64,000 nucleotides of DNA, taken from Octopus sinensis (taxonomy: Eukaryota). Positions 28,175-41,117 of the stretch are shown here, one piece after another. The first letter of the stretch is position 1; every line of letters starts with the position of its first letter. Location of the stretch: positions 54,374,001-54,438,000 of the forward strand of contig NC_042997.1 of assembly GCF_006345805.1 (NCBI RefSeq), written 5' to 3'. The notes under the pieces are model-generated. The model saw only the letters and a program-made list of their open reading frames with translations, was not told where the DNA came from and ran no database searches. A program made the position numbers and the translations under genes.

Positions 28175-31100
28175 AAACAAGTTTTAAAAATATTGTTTAA
28201 AATATGTATCTAAAGATTAAATTCCTTGCTAATAGTAAATCAAAGTGAAAGTCCTGGGCAGGTTTACATTGGTGATGAGCTGCTTTATATTGGAGATGTA
28301 GTCCAAGAACTTTGACCACTAAGGGTGCAGAATCACTGACAGATTATAAACCATAGATGAGTTATGTTACTGTGTTTTAATGTTGTGTGGGATCCCATGA
28401 GTATCAGTTGCTGGTTATTAACAAAAGTTTATTTCCCTGAGAATTCAAAGTTATGACTTCTAACTTCACATTGGAATGGTTTGAAAAATATTTTTGTTCC
28501 CAAATGAAGTACTCAATGTCACTTTGCTGGCTCAGACTACAGTTGTAAGAGATGAAATTCTAAATTATTCTGCATGTGTGAAAGCAGAACTTCTAGTAAT
28601 AAAACAAAAAAAAATAGTTGTTCTTGTTTTGTGTGTGTGTTTTTGTTTTTGTTTTTTTGTCTCTATCTTCCTCATAACTGCATGTCATTAATTCAATGTC
28701 TGGAGAATGATATACTATGTTCTCTTGAGTCTATGTTATGAGGTGTTTATTGAGTTCAGTTCACTCTAGCTGATCAGCATAGGAGTTTCTTAAGAAATTT
28801 AACCCTTTCGTTACCAACCTGGCTGAAACCAGCTCTGGCCCTGAGTACAAATGTCTTGTTTCCATAAGTTTTGAATTGAAATCTTCTACCAAACCCTAGT
28901 CACAACTTATGTTCCTAACACTAGCTGAATGATAACTGAATTATTTTAGTAAATTCTTTGTTATATTTAAAGTAATTGAAAGAAACATAGAGCATCTCAA
29001 AATAAGTACAGTAACAAAAGGGTTAATATGAGAGGCATAGCTTACTACTTTAGCAATGCTTTGAAATCTCTGAAGTCATCTACACTATGTAGTCACAACT
29101 GAGATGCATTTCACTACATCACACTGGGAATTTCTATCTTCCATTTGCTTTGTTAGATCCATGATTTCACATGTATCTCTGCCAATAGCATGAATGTAGT
29201 TGAAGATTCATCATCTTCTATTCTGATGGATGGCATAAATTGCAACCAGGTTTAATGTCAGTACCTGGCAAGAGCACTGAAAATAACTTTACAGGATTTA
29301 GAGTTTTAAAGGAAAAACATTTCATACATGAACTACTTTTTTTCACCCATCATCTTACTAATCTTTACAATAAAGATGGATGAAGATAATGCTGAAAAAT
29401 GAGTTAATGTAGATGATGTTGTTACTTATGTTCTTCAGAAAGACTGGAGAAAGAAGATTATAAAGAAGAAAGCCGTGAAGAAAATTAGAAAGATTTAACA
29501 GAAATAATTGGTTGGTTAATTCACTCGATAGCTGGAGTAGTAAATGGTCTGGAACAATACAGTTTAGAAATGAATAATAAATAATGAACACTTACACACA
29601 GCAGACTAATCAAAGTAAGACCAAACTATATGAAACAGTTTTGGTGGCATGTAAGCAAACCATCCAAACGTGGCCATTGCCAGCGCCGCCCCGACGGGCC
29701 TCCGTGCCGGTGGCACGTAAAAAGCACCATCTGATCATGGCCGTTTGCCAGCCTCGTCTGGCACGTAAAAAGCACCCACTACACTTACGGAGTGGTTGGC
29801 GTTAGTAAGGGCATCCAGCCATAGAAACATTGCCAGATCAGACTGGGCCTGGTGCAGCCTCTGGCTTCCCAGACCCCAGTTGAACCGTCCAACCCATGCT
29901 AGCATAGAAAGCGGATGCTAAATGATGATGATGATGATGATGTATGCTCAGAAAAATAACAAAAAAGTATGCAACAGAAGAGTCAGCATTTGGAACTCCG
30001 GTGCCATTAACTTCTGCTTACCCAGTTGTGTTACATCATCATCACCAATTCCTGATGTTCCAGTTACTTTTGAAGATAAAGATGGTGATCCTGATAGTCC
30101 TTACATCCTGATATATAACTCTGCTTCGTTGTCAATTTCAGATCTTCATTTTGAAAATAGCTGTGGTGAATTTTCTTACTTAGGCCATCAGATTTATTGT
30201 ACCTGTATTTATGTTTTAGTCTTTCTGTCTTAAAATCTTATTTGCTTTTCATTTAATGTTTCTTTTTACAAAGTATTTTAAATGTGGGATGAAGTGGTCA
30301 GCTGTTGAGTAAACTTATGTATAAATCTAACCACTGGTATCTGGTACTCCACAGATTCCAATGATATTGGCTTAATGAGTGGTAACTGTGTAAAATAACA
30401 GTAACAGTGTTGGATTTTTTCATTTTATAAAGCTGTTTCTATATGCTTAATTTCAGAGTAATAAATGCTGGTAAATCACTCAACAATGAAGATCAGGCTG
30501 TGGCAGTTCGCTGTGTCATTTCTCGACATATTAATATGGTTCCGACCAACCCTTCGTGCAATTCTATAGAGAGAAATGGAGCCAATAATTCTGAGAAAAC
30601 TAGCACTGCTGCAGAAGAGTCAAAGGTTAGTGTATTACATTTTGAAAGCTTTACACTTTAAAATGACAGGATTTCAACTAAACTATTTAGTTTGGAATAT
30701 GGAGCAGAAATTTTGAGTTTCACTTTAAAAGTTTGTTATTAAATGCATCACATAGGTATGTAAAATTAAATTTTGCTTATTTCCCTTATGTCATTTCTGA
30801 GAAATTTATATTATTGATATTAAAGATCTCTATAGATTATTTGGTTATCCTTAACTGTTCAAATGTGATAAAACATAAAGTACTATACAATGAACAGGAT
30901 CGCACAGCCCTGCTAATTTTGGAATTTTAACCATATTTACAGATACTCTCTCTTGGTTTCAAATTTTTCTAGTTTACTTTCTGTAAATCTACAACAAAAA
31001 CCTATTGTTGTTTATTTCTAGGTCTTAATACCTTAGTCATATGTTATAGTTATATCTTATATATAACTCTTCTTAGTTGTCAGTTTCAGACCTTCACTTA

Positions 31101-31215
31101 ATATGTTATATATAACATATGACACAGTCATTAAGACCTAAGTGCGAGCTACTTACTTTTATCCATCACTGTCTTTATTCCTGCATTTTCTCCAGTAATA
31201 TGTTTCCATTCCTTC

Positions 31216-31276
<61 letters not shown>

Positions 31277-33685
31277 TTGAAATCAAGCAAGGACCATCAG
31301 CGCAAAGGTTTAGAGGAAAGGGGTGCACATGTATATCTGAGATAACAAAAATAGCAGTGAAATAAATGATAGATGAAATACAATAGAATGATAACAAACA
31401 AAAAGTGATGGCAATAAAAAAAATATAAATGAAATGAGATAGTTATAAAGGTACAGCTAATATTAAAATGAATACAATCACCAATATTAGACAAGGTTTT
31501 GTTAACTCAAAGAGATCAAGGAAAACAATGCTGTTCTGGAGAAAAAAGCTATATGCATAGAATTTGCAATATACTGATGTAATATTCAGGAAGTGCAAAT
31601 GTGATTTGCTAAATTTAGAAAACTGAGTTTCTCTGACTGACAGGACCAAGAAAAGTAGCTCCTCTGAACACCTATGGAAGTATCAGTAGAAAAGGGCTAG
31701 TCTTGTGATATTCAATCAATGATAGGGTAGTTTTAATGATGAAAAGGGTTCATCACCTGCTAGCTTATTCATCTGTCAAACATGGACAGCACATGTTTGG
31801 AGGAAACTACCCAAATATATGAACAGTACTTCATTATTGTGTGGATCTGCCTTTTGTAGATATACAGTAAAGCTGTAGGTGCTTGGAACATATTTTGAAT
31901 AATAGAACAAGCCTTCCATTTTACCCACCACCTTGGTAACAGACATAAGAGTCATATCTCAAATTAGTCCTGCTCAAGAAAAGATCAATAATTTCTCAGT
32001 GACACTGAGAAAATACTAGGATTGTCTTGGAAGCATTAAATGTAACAAGCCATTTGTATCCTCATTGTGGTACTGGCAACGGCCACACTCAAAAGCACCA
32101 TTTGAGCGTGGCTGTTGCCAGTACTGCCTGACTGGCCCTCGTGCCAGTGGCACATAAAAGCACTCACTACACTCTCGGAGTGGTTGGCATTAGGAAGGGC
32201 ATCCAGCTGTAGAAACTCTGCCAGATCAGATTGGAGTCTGGTGCAGCCATCTGGTTCGCCAGACTGCAGTCAAATCATCCAACCCATGCTAGCATGGAAA
32301 GCAGATGTTAAACGATGATGATGATGATTCTATGATCTCAGTTAGGTCACTAACTATAAACTAAGCAAGACACTGCTGGATGGGGAAAAGATATAAAATA
32401 TACATTGTTCAGTAGGCCAGTAAACTCTCTGCATAATAATTATTGTAGAATCACTCAAAATTAAAGATTGTTTTTATCCCACTAAGACCCAAATGAGTAA
32501 ACCTATGATCAAATGCCTTCTAGTCATGACTATCTCATTTTTTACCCATCATCCAGTGAGTGTGTCCTTTTCTAAAACAGTAGGGCATAGTTTGAAGAAA
32601 GTTTAGCTGTTGTTACTAACAGTTTATCTGACCTCTTGGTGGCTCCGATGTTGGTAGGCTATCTATCTCATGATAGACTCTTTTCTTTGTGGAGTTTAAC
32701 AAGGAATAAACTGTTACACATGGGCTATAGTTTGGATTTGGATCAAATTGTAAAACTGACATAAATGTTTCATTGCCAAACAGGGTGTACAAACCTTTTA
32801 TCCTATTAAATAGTGTTGCATTATCTCTGTCAATAGTGTTTCTCATATAAAATGATTTATAGCTTTAACACAAGACCAAAAATTTAAAGAAAATACATGG
32901 GTAATATAATTGATTCTAATGCTTGACTGCAAAATATTTTATTGACACCAGAAGGATAAAAGGCCAGGTTGACCTTAGAATTTGAAATAAATATCTCAGT
33001 ACTGTTTCTATATCTACTGCTCTTTTGGTGCTTTCTGTGGTTGTCCATGTAGGCTTAATCTATTTATTGTAATCATCTTGTTTTTGTTAGACCCTATTAA
33101 TCAGTACATTTTTTTCTTTAATTTGATATATTGCTTTCAGTATTGTTTTCTCCATCTAAGCTGTTTCAATTATTTGCAAATTTAAAAAAAAAACAAATCA
33201 GTGAAAATGCTTGCCAGTGCTCTTACTGTTTACGTTGGAACTAAAACTCAATCTTCTGATATTGTAGAACAAATTAGAATTTACCTACTTTGGAATATTT
33301 GATGGACATGGTGGATATGGAACTGCTGTCATGGCATCCCAAAATCTCCATATATATCTCATGGTAAGTATATTGTCAAACTTTGAAATTCAGTATGCTT
33401 AATTCAGGTTATATTAATTTTAACAAATTATATAATGTAAAATTATTAATGATGTTGCTTCGATTGTTAATGAATTTCTTTCTTTATTTTTTGCCAGAAA
33501 CATTTAACTAAGTTACTTGATTTAGGCATGCTGTCAAAGAAAGTCCATTCTTCATATCATAACATCACAATTAATGATCTTATAATTGGTGCCCTTGAGA
33601 CTTCCTTCTTTGAAATGGTAAGCATTGTTTTGAAGTTTATTGACCCATTAGCTTATTCATAATTTATGAATTATTAAGATAATTT

Positions 33686-33725
<40 letters not shown>

Positions 33726-36700
33726 CGGGAAGGTTTACGAAAATAAACAAAAGACGAAGGCAGGTGAGGTACAAACAAGCAAATGTATTAGTATGGCGCT
33801 CAGGAATAGAAATAGAACAAGTCTTTTACGTTTCGAGCCTACGCTCTTCGACAGAAAGATACACAGAAAAGAAACAAGGAGTGAAAAAATGCGTGTAGGA
33901 GCTAACGGTCCATCATATATTATCATCATCATCATCATCATACAGGGGCTTCCATGGTGTACATGGAGGCTACGGTTTTGGTTCCCGCAATGAGGAGGGA
34001 ACCAGGTTGCTGGAGTTTTGTGATGCAAAGGATCTTATGGTTTGCAATACTAACTTCAGGAAACCTGCCAGTCACCTAGTCACCTACCAATCTGGTAGAC
34101 ACACTAGCCAAATTGACTACATCCTCGCCAGAAAAAGGGAAAGATGGCTGCTTATAAATGCCAAAACCTTCCCAGGGGAAGAATGTATCCCACAACATAA
34201 ACTGGTAGTTAGTGACTTCAGGATCAGTGATAAGTGGATGCCCAGAAAATGGCCAGCATGGAGGAGAAGGGTCTGGAAGCTTAAAGGTCCTGCAAATGGA
34301 CAGAGATTTAGAGACATATTACTCAAAGCCTTTGACGAAATAGAAGGGGATATAGCTTCACATGATGTAGAAGACAACTGGAGGTTTCTGCGGGACAACC
34401 TGCTGAGGGCCACTGACCAGATCTGTGGATGGTGCAAAGTTCCCTCACGACCCAAAATAACGTGGTGGTGAAAGTGTTGTTGACAGAGCTATTAGAGAAA
34501 AGAAACAGGCTTGGAAGGACTGGAAGAACAGTGGTAGCAAGGAAATTGTATCAGACTGCCAGAAGGGAAGCTAGGAGACAGGTTTATTAAGCCAGAGGGA
34601 AAGCAGATAAGAAAAAATTTGCCAATGTTCTGCGCCATGAGAACCAAAGACTTGAGGTATTTTGTGTTGCAAGACAGTGTGTGAGAGAGAATAGTGATGT
34701 TGTAGGAGAGAAATGTGTTCGCATGGATGATGGTACACTTGCACTAAACAAGGCTGCAAAGAGAGAGGTTTGGAGGCACCACTATGAAAGGTTGCTCAAT
34801 AAAGAAAATGAATGGGAGAAAGAGAGTCTGCTGAATGTCGACCCAACAGAGGGACCAGCTATCCGAGTTGACGGTTCCTTGGTAGTTAAGGCAATTAAGA
34901 GTATGAAGACAGGGAAAGCCCCGGCCCATGAGGAATCACTGCAGAGATGTTCGAAATATCTGGCAGTGATGGCTATAGCCTAGTCACCCATATAGTTAAC
35001 CAGGTGATACACAAAGAAGTCGTTCCCAATGCCTGGTGTAGCAGCACTATAGTCAACTGCTACAAAGGTAAAAGTGACGTTTTAGATACAAATAATTACA
35101 GAGGTATCAACTTGTTGGATTAGGTAATGAAGGCCACAGAGAGGGTCATAGCCCAACTAATTCGGGAGAGAGTCAGTCTAGATGAGATGCAGTTTGGGTT
35201 TGTGCCAGGGAAAAGCACCACTGATGCTATATTTCTGATAAGACAGCTGCAGGACAAATACCTAGCCAAAGACAAACCTCTGTTGACATGGAGAAAGCCT
35301 TTGACAGGGTCCCCCGATCCCTTATCTGGTGGTCAATGAGGAAACTAGGGATAGATGAATGGTTAGTGAGAGCTGTACAAGCCTTGTACAGGGACGCTGT
35401 CAATAAGGTGAGGGTTGGCAACGAGTACAGTGAAGAATTCCGGGTAGAGGTAGGGGTTCACCAAGGTTCAGTCCTCAGTCCCCTCCTATTTCTCATAGTC
35501 ATCCAGGCAATAACAGAGGAATTCAAGTCAGGATGCCTCTGGGAGCTCCTCTATGCTGACGACCTTGCTCTAATTGCTGAGTCACTATCAGAACTCAAGG
35601 AGAAGAGTCAGGTATGGAAGCAAGGATTAGAATCAACCTAGCTAAAACCAAAATCCTAATAAGTAGGAAGGCAGGCAAACCGCAAATCCCTTCAGGTAGT
35701 TGGCCCTGCTTGATCTGTAGAAAAAGCATAGGTAGAAACTCAATAAGATGTACCCAGTGTAAGCTATGGACACATAAGAGGTGCAGCAATATCAAAGGAA
35801 GACTAACTGGGAGATAGTTTTTGTATGTGGCAGATGCTCAGGAGCAATAAACACTGAAAATGTGCAGAGAACAACTTCTGCCACATTCCAGGGAGAAAAA
35901 CTAGAAGTAGTTGATAGCTTCTGTTACCTAAGTGACCAAGTCAGTAGTAGGGGAGGGTGTGCTGAAAGTGTAGCTGCTAAAATAAGAATAGCCTGGGCCA
36001 AGTTCAGAGAGCTCTTACCTCTGCTGGTGATAAAGGGCCTCTTGCTCAGAGTAAAAGGTAGACTGTATGATGCATGTGTAATAATATATATACTTAAGCA
36101 TGGAACAGTGGACATCAAAATAATTGCAGCAATATTACTGCCATTGTCATCATTTTTGGTTTGGATGGATCATGATCGAAGTCAATTTTAATTCAATGTT
36201 TCTGCCTTTCTATGTAGGTTGAAGGGCCACATCTCACACAAAACATTCTGTTTTTGGCATGGTTTCTATAACTAGATGCTCTTCTTGACACCAACCAATC
36301 TACAGAGTGTTCTTGGTGCATTTTATTGTGGAACCGCCACTAGAAAGAAAGTTATGTTTTTGGACCAACCAAAGGGTTCTCAGCGCTAATCATTTACTAA
36401 TCACAGATCATACTGTGTATATTTTATCATGGTGTTTGTACAGAGGTTGCCTTGTAACCCACAAAGCTAAAGAGTCATCACTACATTGTTTCTGTTCATT
36501 CAAGGTAACATAATTAAAAGGGGAAATAGAAGAGGGAGCAGGGTGTGCGGGTGGAGGAGAACTGAATGGAGTGGGAGTGTGGTAGAAGAGTGACTGGTGA
36601 TTGTAGATTATAATTTGAGGGCTTCTATCCATATACCACTTCAAAACATGAAAAGTTGGCTCAATATTGGCTTACTGAACAAGAAGCATGTTATAGTTTG

Positions 36701-39700
36701 TATTGTTCTTCAAGAATTATGTCTAATTTCATTATGTTTATTGTTTAGTTTGGGACCATTTTAAAAAAAACATCTTTTTGTTTTTCCTAGGATGACTTAA
36801 TATACCAAGAAAGACATTTGTGTCCTCATGCTGGTGGCTGCACTGCACTGGTGTCTGTGTTATTAGATGATAAGCTTTACGTAGCTCAAGCAGGCGATAG
36901 CAGGTAATTGGTTTTTGTAGTATATTGCAGCACAAGAAGTATATGTGTGCATGAATGCAACCACCCATTGATGACTTTGGGTTTGCGACACATACAGAAA
37001 TACAAACTGTAATAATTTTGTCCTAAGTGGAGTAAAATGATAAAATATTGCACCTGTGTACATGCGTGCGAGCTTGCTCAAAAACTCAGAGTGGTTATAC
37101 TTTAATTCTTCAATTAATCTTTTAATATATTTTAATATATAACATGTTTTCTCTATGATTGAACCAAATAGCACCCATGTGAAAATTGCTTACTCTTTTT
37201 TTGAAATATTTCTTGTCATTCTGTACTTGCAACATACTTTAATCTTGAAATAGCAACATTTGCCCTTCTTGGTTTTCTCTTTAAAGGGCAGTTATAATTA
37301 GGAAGAATGACATAGTGTGTATGTCACAGGAGTTTACTCCAGATACTGAGAGACAAAGGATTCAGCAACTGGTATGGAACTACATTTGCTTCTTTTATTT
37401 TTATCTTTGATGTTATTGTTTTTTAATTTACTTTTTTGTTTGTTTTGTACATAAATCTTGGTTGTTGTAAAAGCAATCACACTGGACTGACTGTTTGGTA
37501 TATGTAGATATGAGAAGAAGCTCTATGTGAATAATAATTATTTATTGTTAAACCTAACACTTTATGAAAAATGTTGTTTTATGGAGAAATAATACTTAAT
37601 TGGTTCTAGTTGATCCAGAAACTTAAATTATCCAAATGACTGGACATCTTAGTATTGTTATTGTACGGTAGGATATTATAATGTAAGATATTTTAATTTA
37701 TTTCAAGCATTTTTATTTAAATATAAAGAAAAAATTATTTATGAAAATGGAAAGTCGCAGCAGTATTCTTCACTTAGATATTGTAGGTTCACTATATTGA
37801 TTTCATTTAGCTTAAAATTGGGATGATTTTTTGATAGAGAAATAATCAGTTCGAAAATCAAGAACAGGAAAATATTTGTAGCTTAGTTATTGACCTTAGG
37901 AAAGCATGCAAACTAAATTTGGTTTCTGGCAGGACTTGAAAATAAAAACATAAAGGTTACAAACTACATTTAATAAAGTCTAGACAATCTACCAAATACA
38001 ACACATTACTTGATGTTGATTAATAATATAAATGATTCCCAATTTTTAACTAGTTTTTTTCAGTTAAATTTTCAAGTATTTATAAAATTCAATAGAATGG
38101 TATTTTTAAGATCTAATCATATTTGTTTTCCAGGCTTTAGATAACCCTAGTTTACTTCAAAAAGAATTCTCACCATCACAGTTTTCTAAAAATATATGGA
38201 AAAAGGATCTAGGAAAACAAGTATTATGCCGAACAGGTTATATGAAAGGATGGTGAGTGGATTTTCATTTATTTAATTATATTTGTATGTAATAACACAG
38301 TGATAGATACTGGTTATGAGATTAACGTGAATAACTTCTGCTCACATGCTCATAAAGTGAAATCCTAGTGTTTGTGCTGAGCAAGAGAACTCCTTCCTTT
38401 AGCTTGATTTGCTCACAAACAAGTTTCTACATCATGATATCCTATTGTAAGAACAGTTACTTCAACAATATGTAAATTTGCCACATTAAAAAGAAATACC
38501 ACCTACAGTAGCATAGAACTACTTGTTTTTTGTTTTTGAATAGAGAAAGAAGGACTGTGCTCATGATGTTTGCAGGGATACCAAGACCAGTGGGAGAAAA
38601 AGAAAAGAGAAACCACAGCTCCTCTGATACAGTCCATGCAATGGGCTTCTTTTCAGTTTCCACCTTGTCAAATTCATTCACTACTTAAGTCAACCTGAGA
38701 TTGTGGTAAAAGACATTTACTCAAAGTACCACACTAGAATTGAATCCAGTACCACATGATTGTGAAGCAAACTTTTTAATCATATATGTGGGCCTGTGTC
38801 CATATGTATGGTCATGGTCATTTTGTTTTAATGTATACCAAGTATTACATTGGCCAGTGTAACCTATTTTTTAAGATAGTTGAATGAAATTTTGGCTAAC
38901 TATATTTTGCAGGTTTGCAACTGCATACAAGATCTCCCATTAGTTTAACATGAAAGTTATAATATTGCATTACTGTAGCAGTTGAAATCTAAAGAGGTAT
39001 GAATTGTTTCCAAAAGAGAATTGTAAGATGAACAACGAGGGTAAATTACTGAAAACAAATAAACAGTGCAGAAAAAAAAGTGCAACAGTGAATGGGAACA
39101 ATATTCTTGATCAAAACTGTAGAAACCAGTTGTTCAGGGAAGTTAGCATAAGGCTAATCTAAAACATTTTCACCTGAATAATTCATCACTTATTTAATGA
39201 GGTTGTTTTATTTTTTTAGGAGCCCTAAGGTTATTACATGTGATGATATTAAACCACCATTAATATGTGGAGATGGAAAACAGGTAAGTAGAGAAGAATT
39301 TCTTTAGCTCTTTGTGTAAGACATTTTAAACATGTAAAAGTTTTTGAGATTTTTGTGCTTTGTATTCTCTAAATTTTCTAGCGTACTAAAATCATCACCA
39401 TCATTGTTGTTTAACATCCGTTTTCCATGCTGGCATGGGTTGAACGGTTTGACTGAGGTCTGGAGAGCCAGTGGCTGCACAACACTCTAATCTGATCTGG
39501 CAGTGTTTCTACAGCTGGATGCCCTTCCTAATGCCAACCACTCCAAGAGTGTAGTGGGTGCTTTTTACGTGCCACCGGCACAGGAGATAGTCAGCCAAGC
39601 TGGCAGTGATCACGTTCAGATAGAGCTTTTTATGTGCCACTAGCACAGGGGCCTGTCAGTGAGTACTGGCATCGGCCATGTTTTGATGGTGCTTTTTACA

Positions 39701-41050
39701 TGCCACCAGTATGGGAGCCAGTCAGGGGTCACTGACCAGTGCTACAATGTTGGTTTTACTTGACTCAACAGGTCTTCTCAGGCATATCATATCACCTGAT
39801 GCATCAGGGTTACTCTTAACTGGACTGGACAAAATGATAATATTAACCCTTTAGTGTTTAAACCGGCCATATCCAGCCCAAATATTCTATGTTTTATATT
39901 CAAACTGGTGATATCTAGCCTCCCACACCTAACCTACATTGACATTCTAAAAATAAACAATCACATCACTGAAACCTCAAAAGCTATAAGATAATGCAGG
40001 ATTAATTAAAAACAATTTGAGTAAAAAAATATTTACATTTAACTGAGTAATTTGAACACTAAAGGGTTAAATACTATCAATTCGAGAAAAGGGCTGCAGG
40101 TCCACTGCTGAAACTTGAACTGTTATCTGTCACATGCCTGATTACTGATTATACTCTTGAGCAACTGCTATCCCATCTCTTCTAATTTATCTCTGCCCTT
40201 TTATCTGTATTATTTTATCTCTGTAAGTCATCCGTTACTTGGCATTAGTGAGTTAGTCTTATATTAAGGCGGTAAAAAATAATCTAGTTAAAAAAGCAGA
40301 AAGAAATTGCAGTACATAACTTAAGGTACAAAGTTCAAGTCATGTCAGCAGCTATCTTATATTAATTATGTTAAAATCATAGCAATTAATTGTTAACAAC
40401 GTAATGTGTTAAAGTGAAATGAATATTAAGATGGTGACCCAGTAGAGGTACTATTATATTTAAAAAGGCCTAGCATCTGTGACCTTTTGTATGATCTCTG
40501 AAACTGACAAAGGGAAAGGAATTAGAAGCCACAATCTTTGATTCTCTTTAGACCAGAAACCTGATTCAAATGCTTGCAAGAGAATAAATTTTGTTAAAAG
40601 TACCCAAGATGCTAAATTGAGCAATGGATTAAGTCTACCACTTTAGGACAGGTCTTGTTCCTCCAACACAGTTTCTGGTTACCCACTTTCACACTCAAGA
40701 CTTAGGTTGACTTATGCAGTGATTGAACTTGAAAGAATGTGTCGTCAGAGCAAACATCTTACCCACATAGCCATGCCTGTATGGGAAGACATAAGAAATT
40801 AAAACAAATCAGCTCATTGGATATACTTTGTTTCAGTCTTAACAAATATAGTATAGTGTGTGTGTGTATATATATATATATAGTATCAGGTCGATTTGAA
40901 GAGGAGTTAAAGTTTTGTGGTGATCACAGTCTCTGATGAAAATGAGAGATGCAAATATAAAATATTTAAGAAAAGTGATGTAATCTTATGTGAGGGAAAA
41001 GTATATTCTAGTGTTAGCTAGGTGTTGAAACTAATGTTTGTATATGCATG

Positions 41051-41117
<67 letters not shown>

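Noticed and set aside
27952-28187. Short ORFs with YIYI, LSLS or poly-Met runs (also 15390, 29922, 41038)
   Set aside because: Translations of microsatellites and SINE sequence.
34007-36191. Active LINE reverse transcriptase gene
   Set aside because: Split into several ORFs by stops and frameshifts and truncated at both ends.
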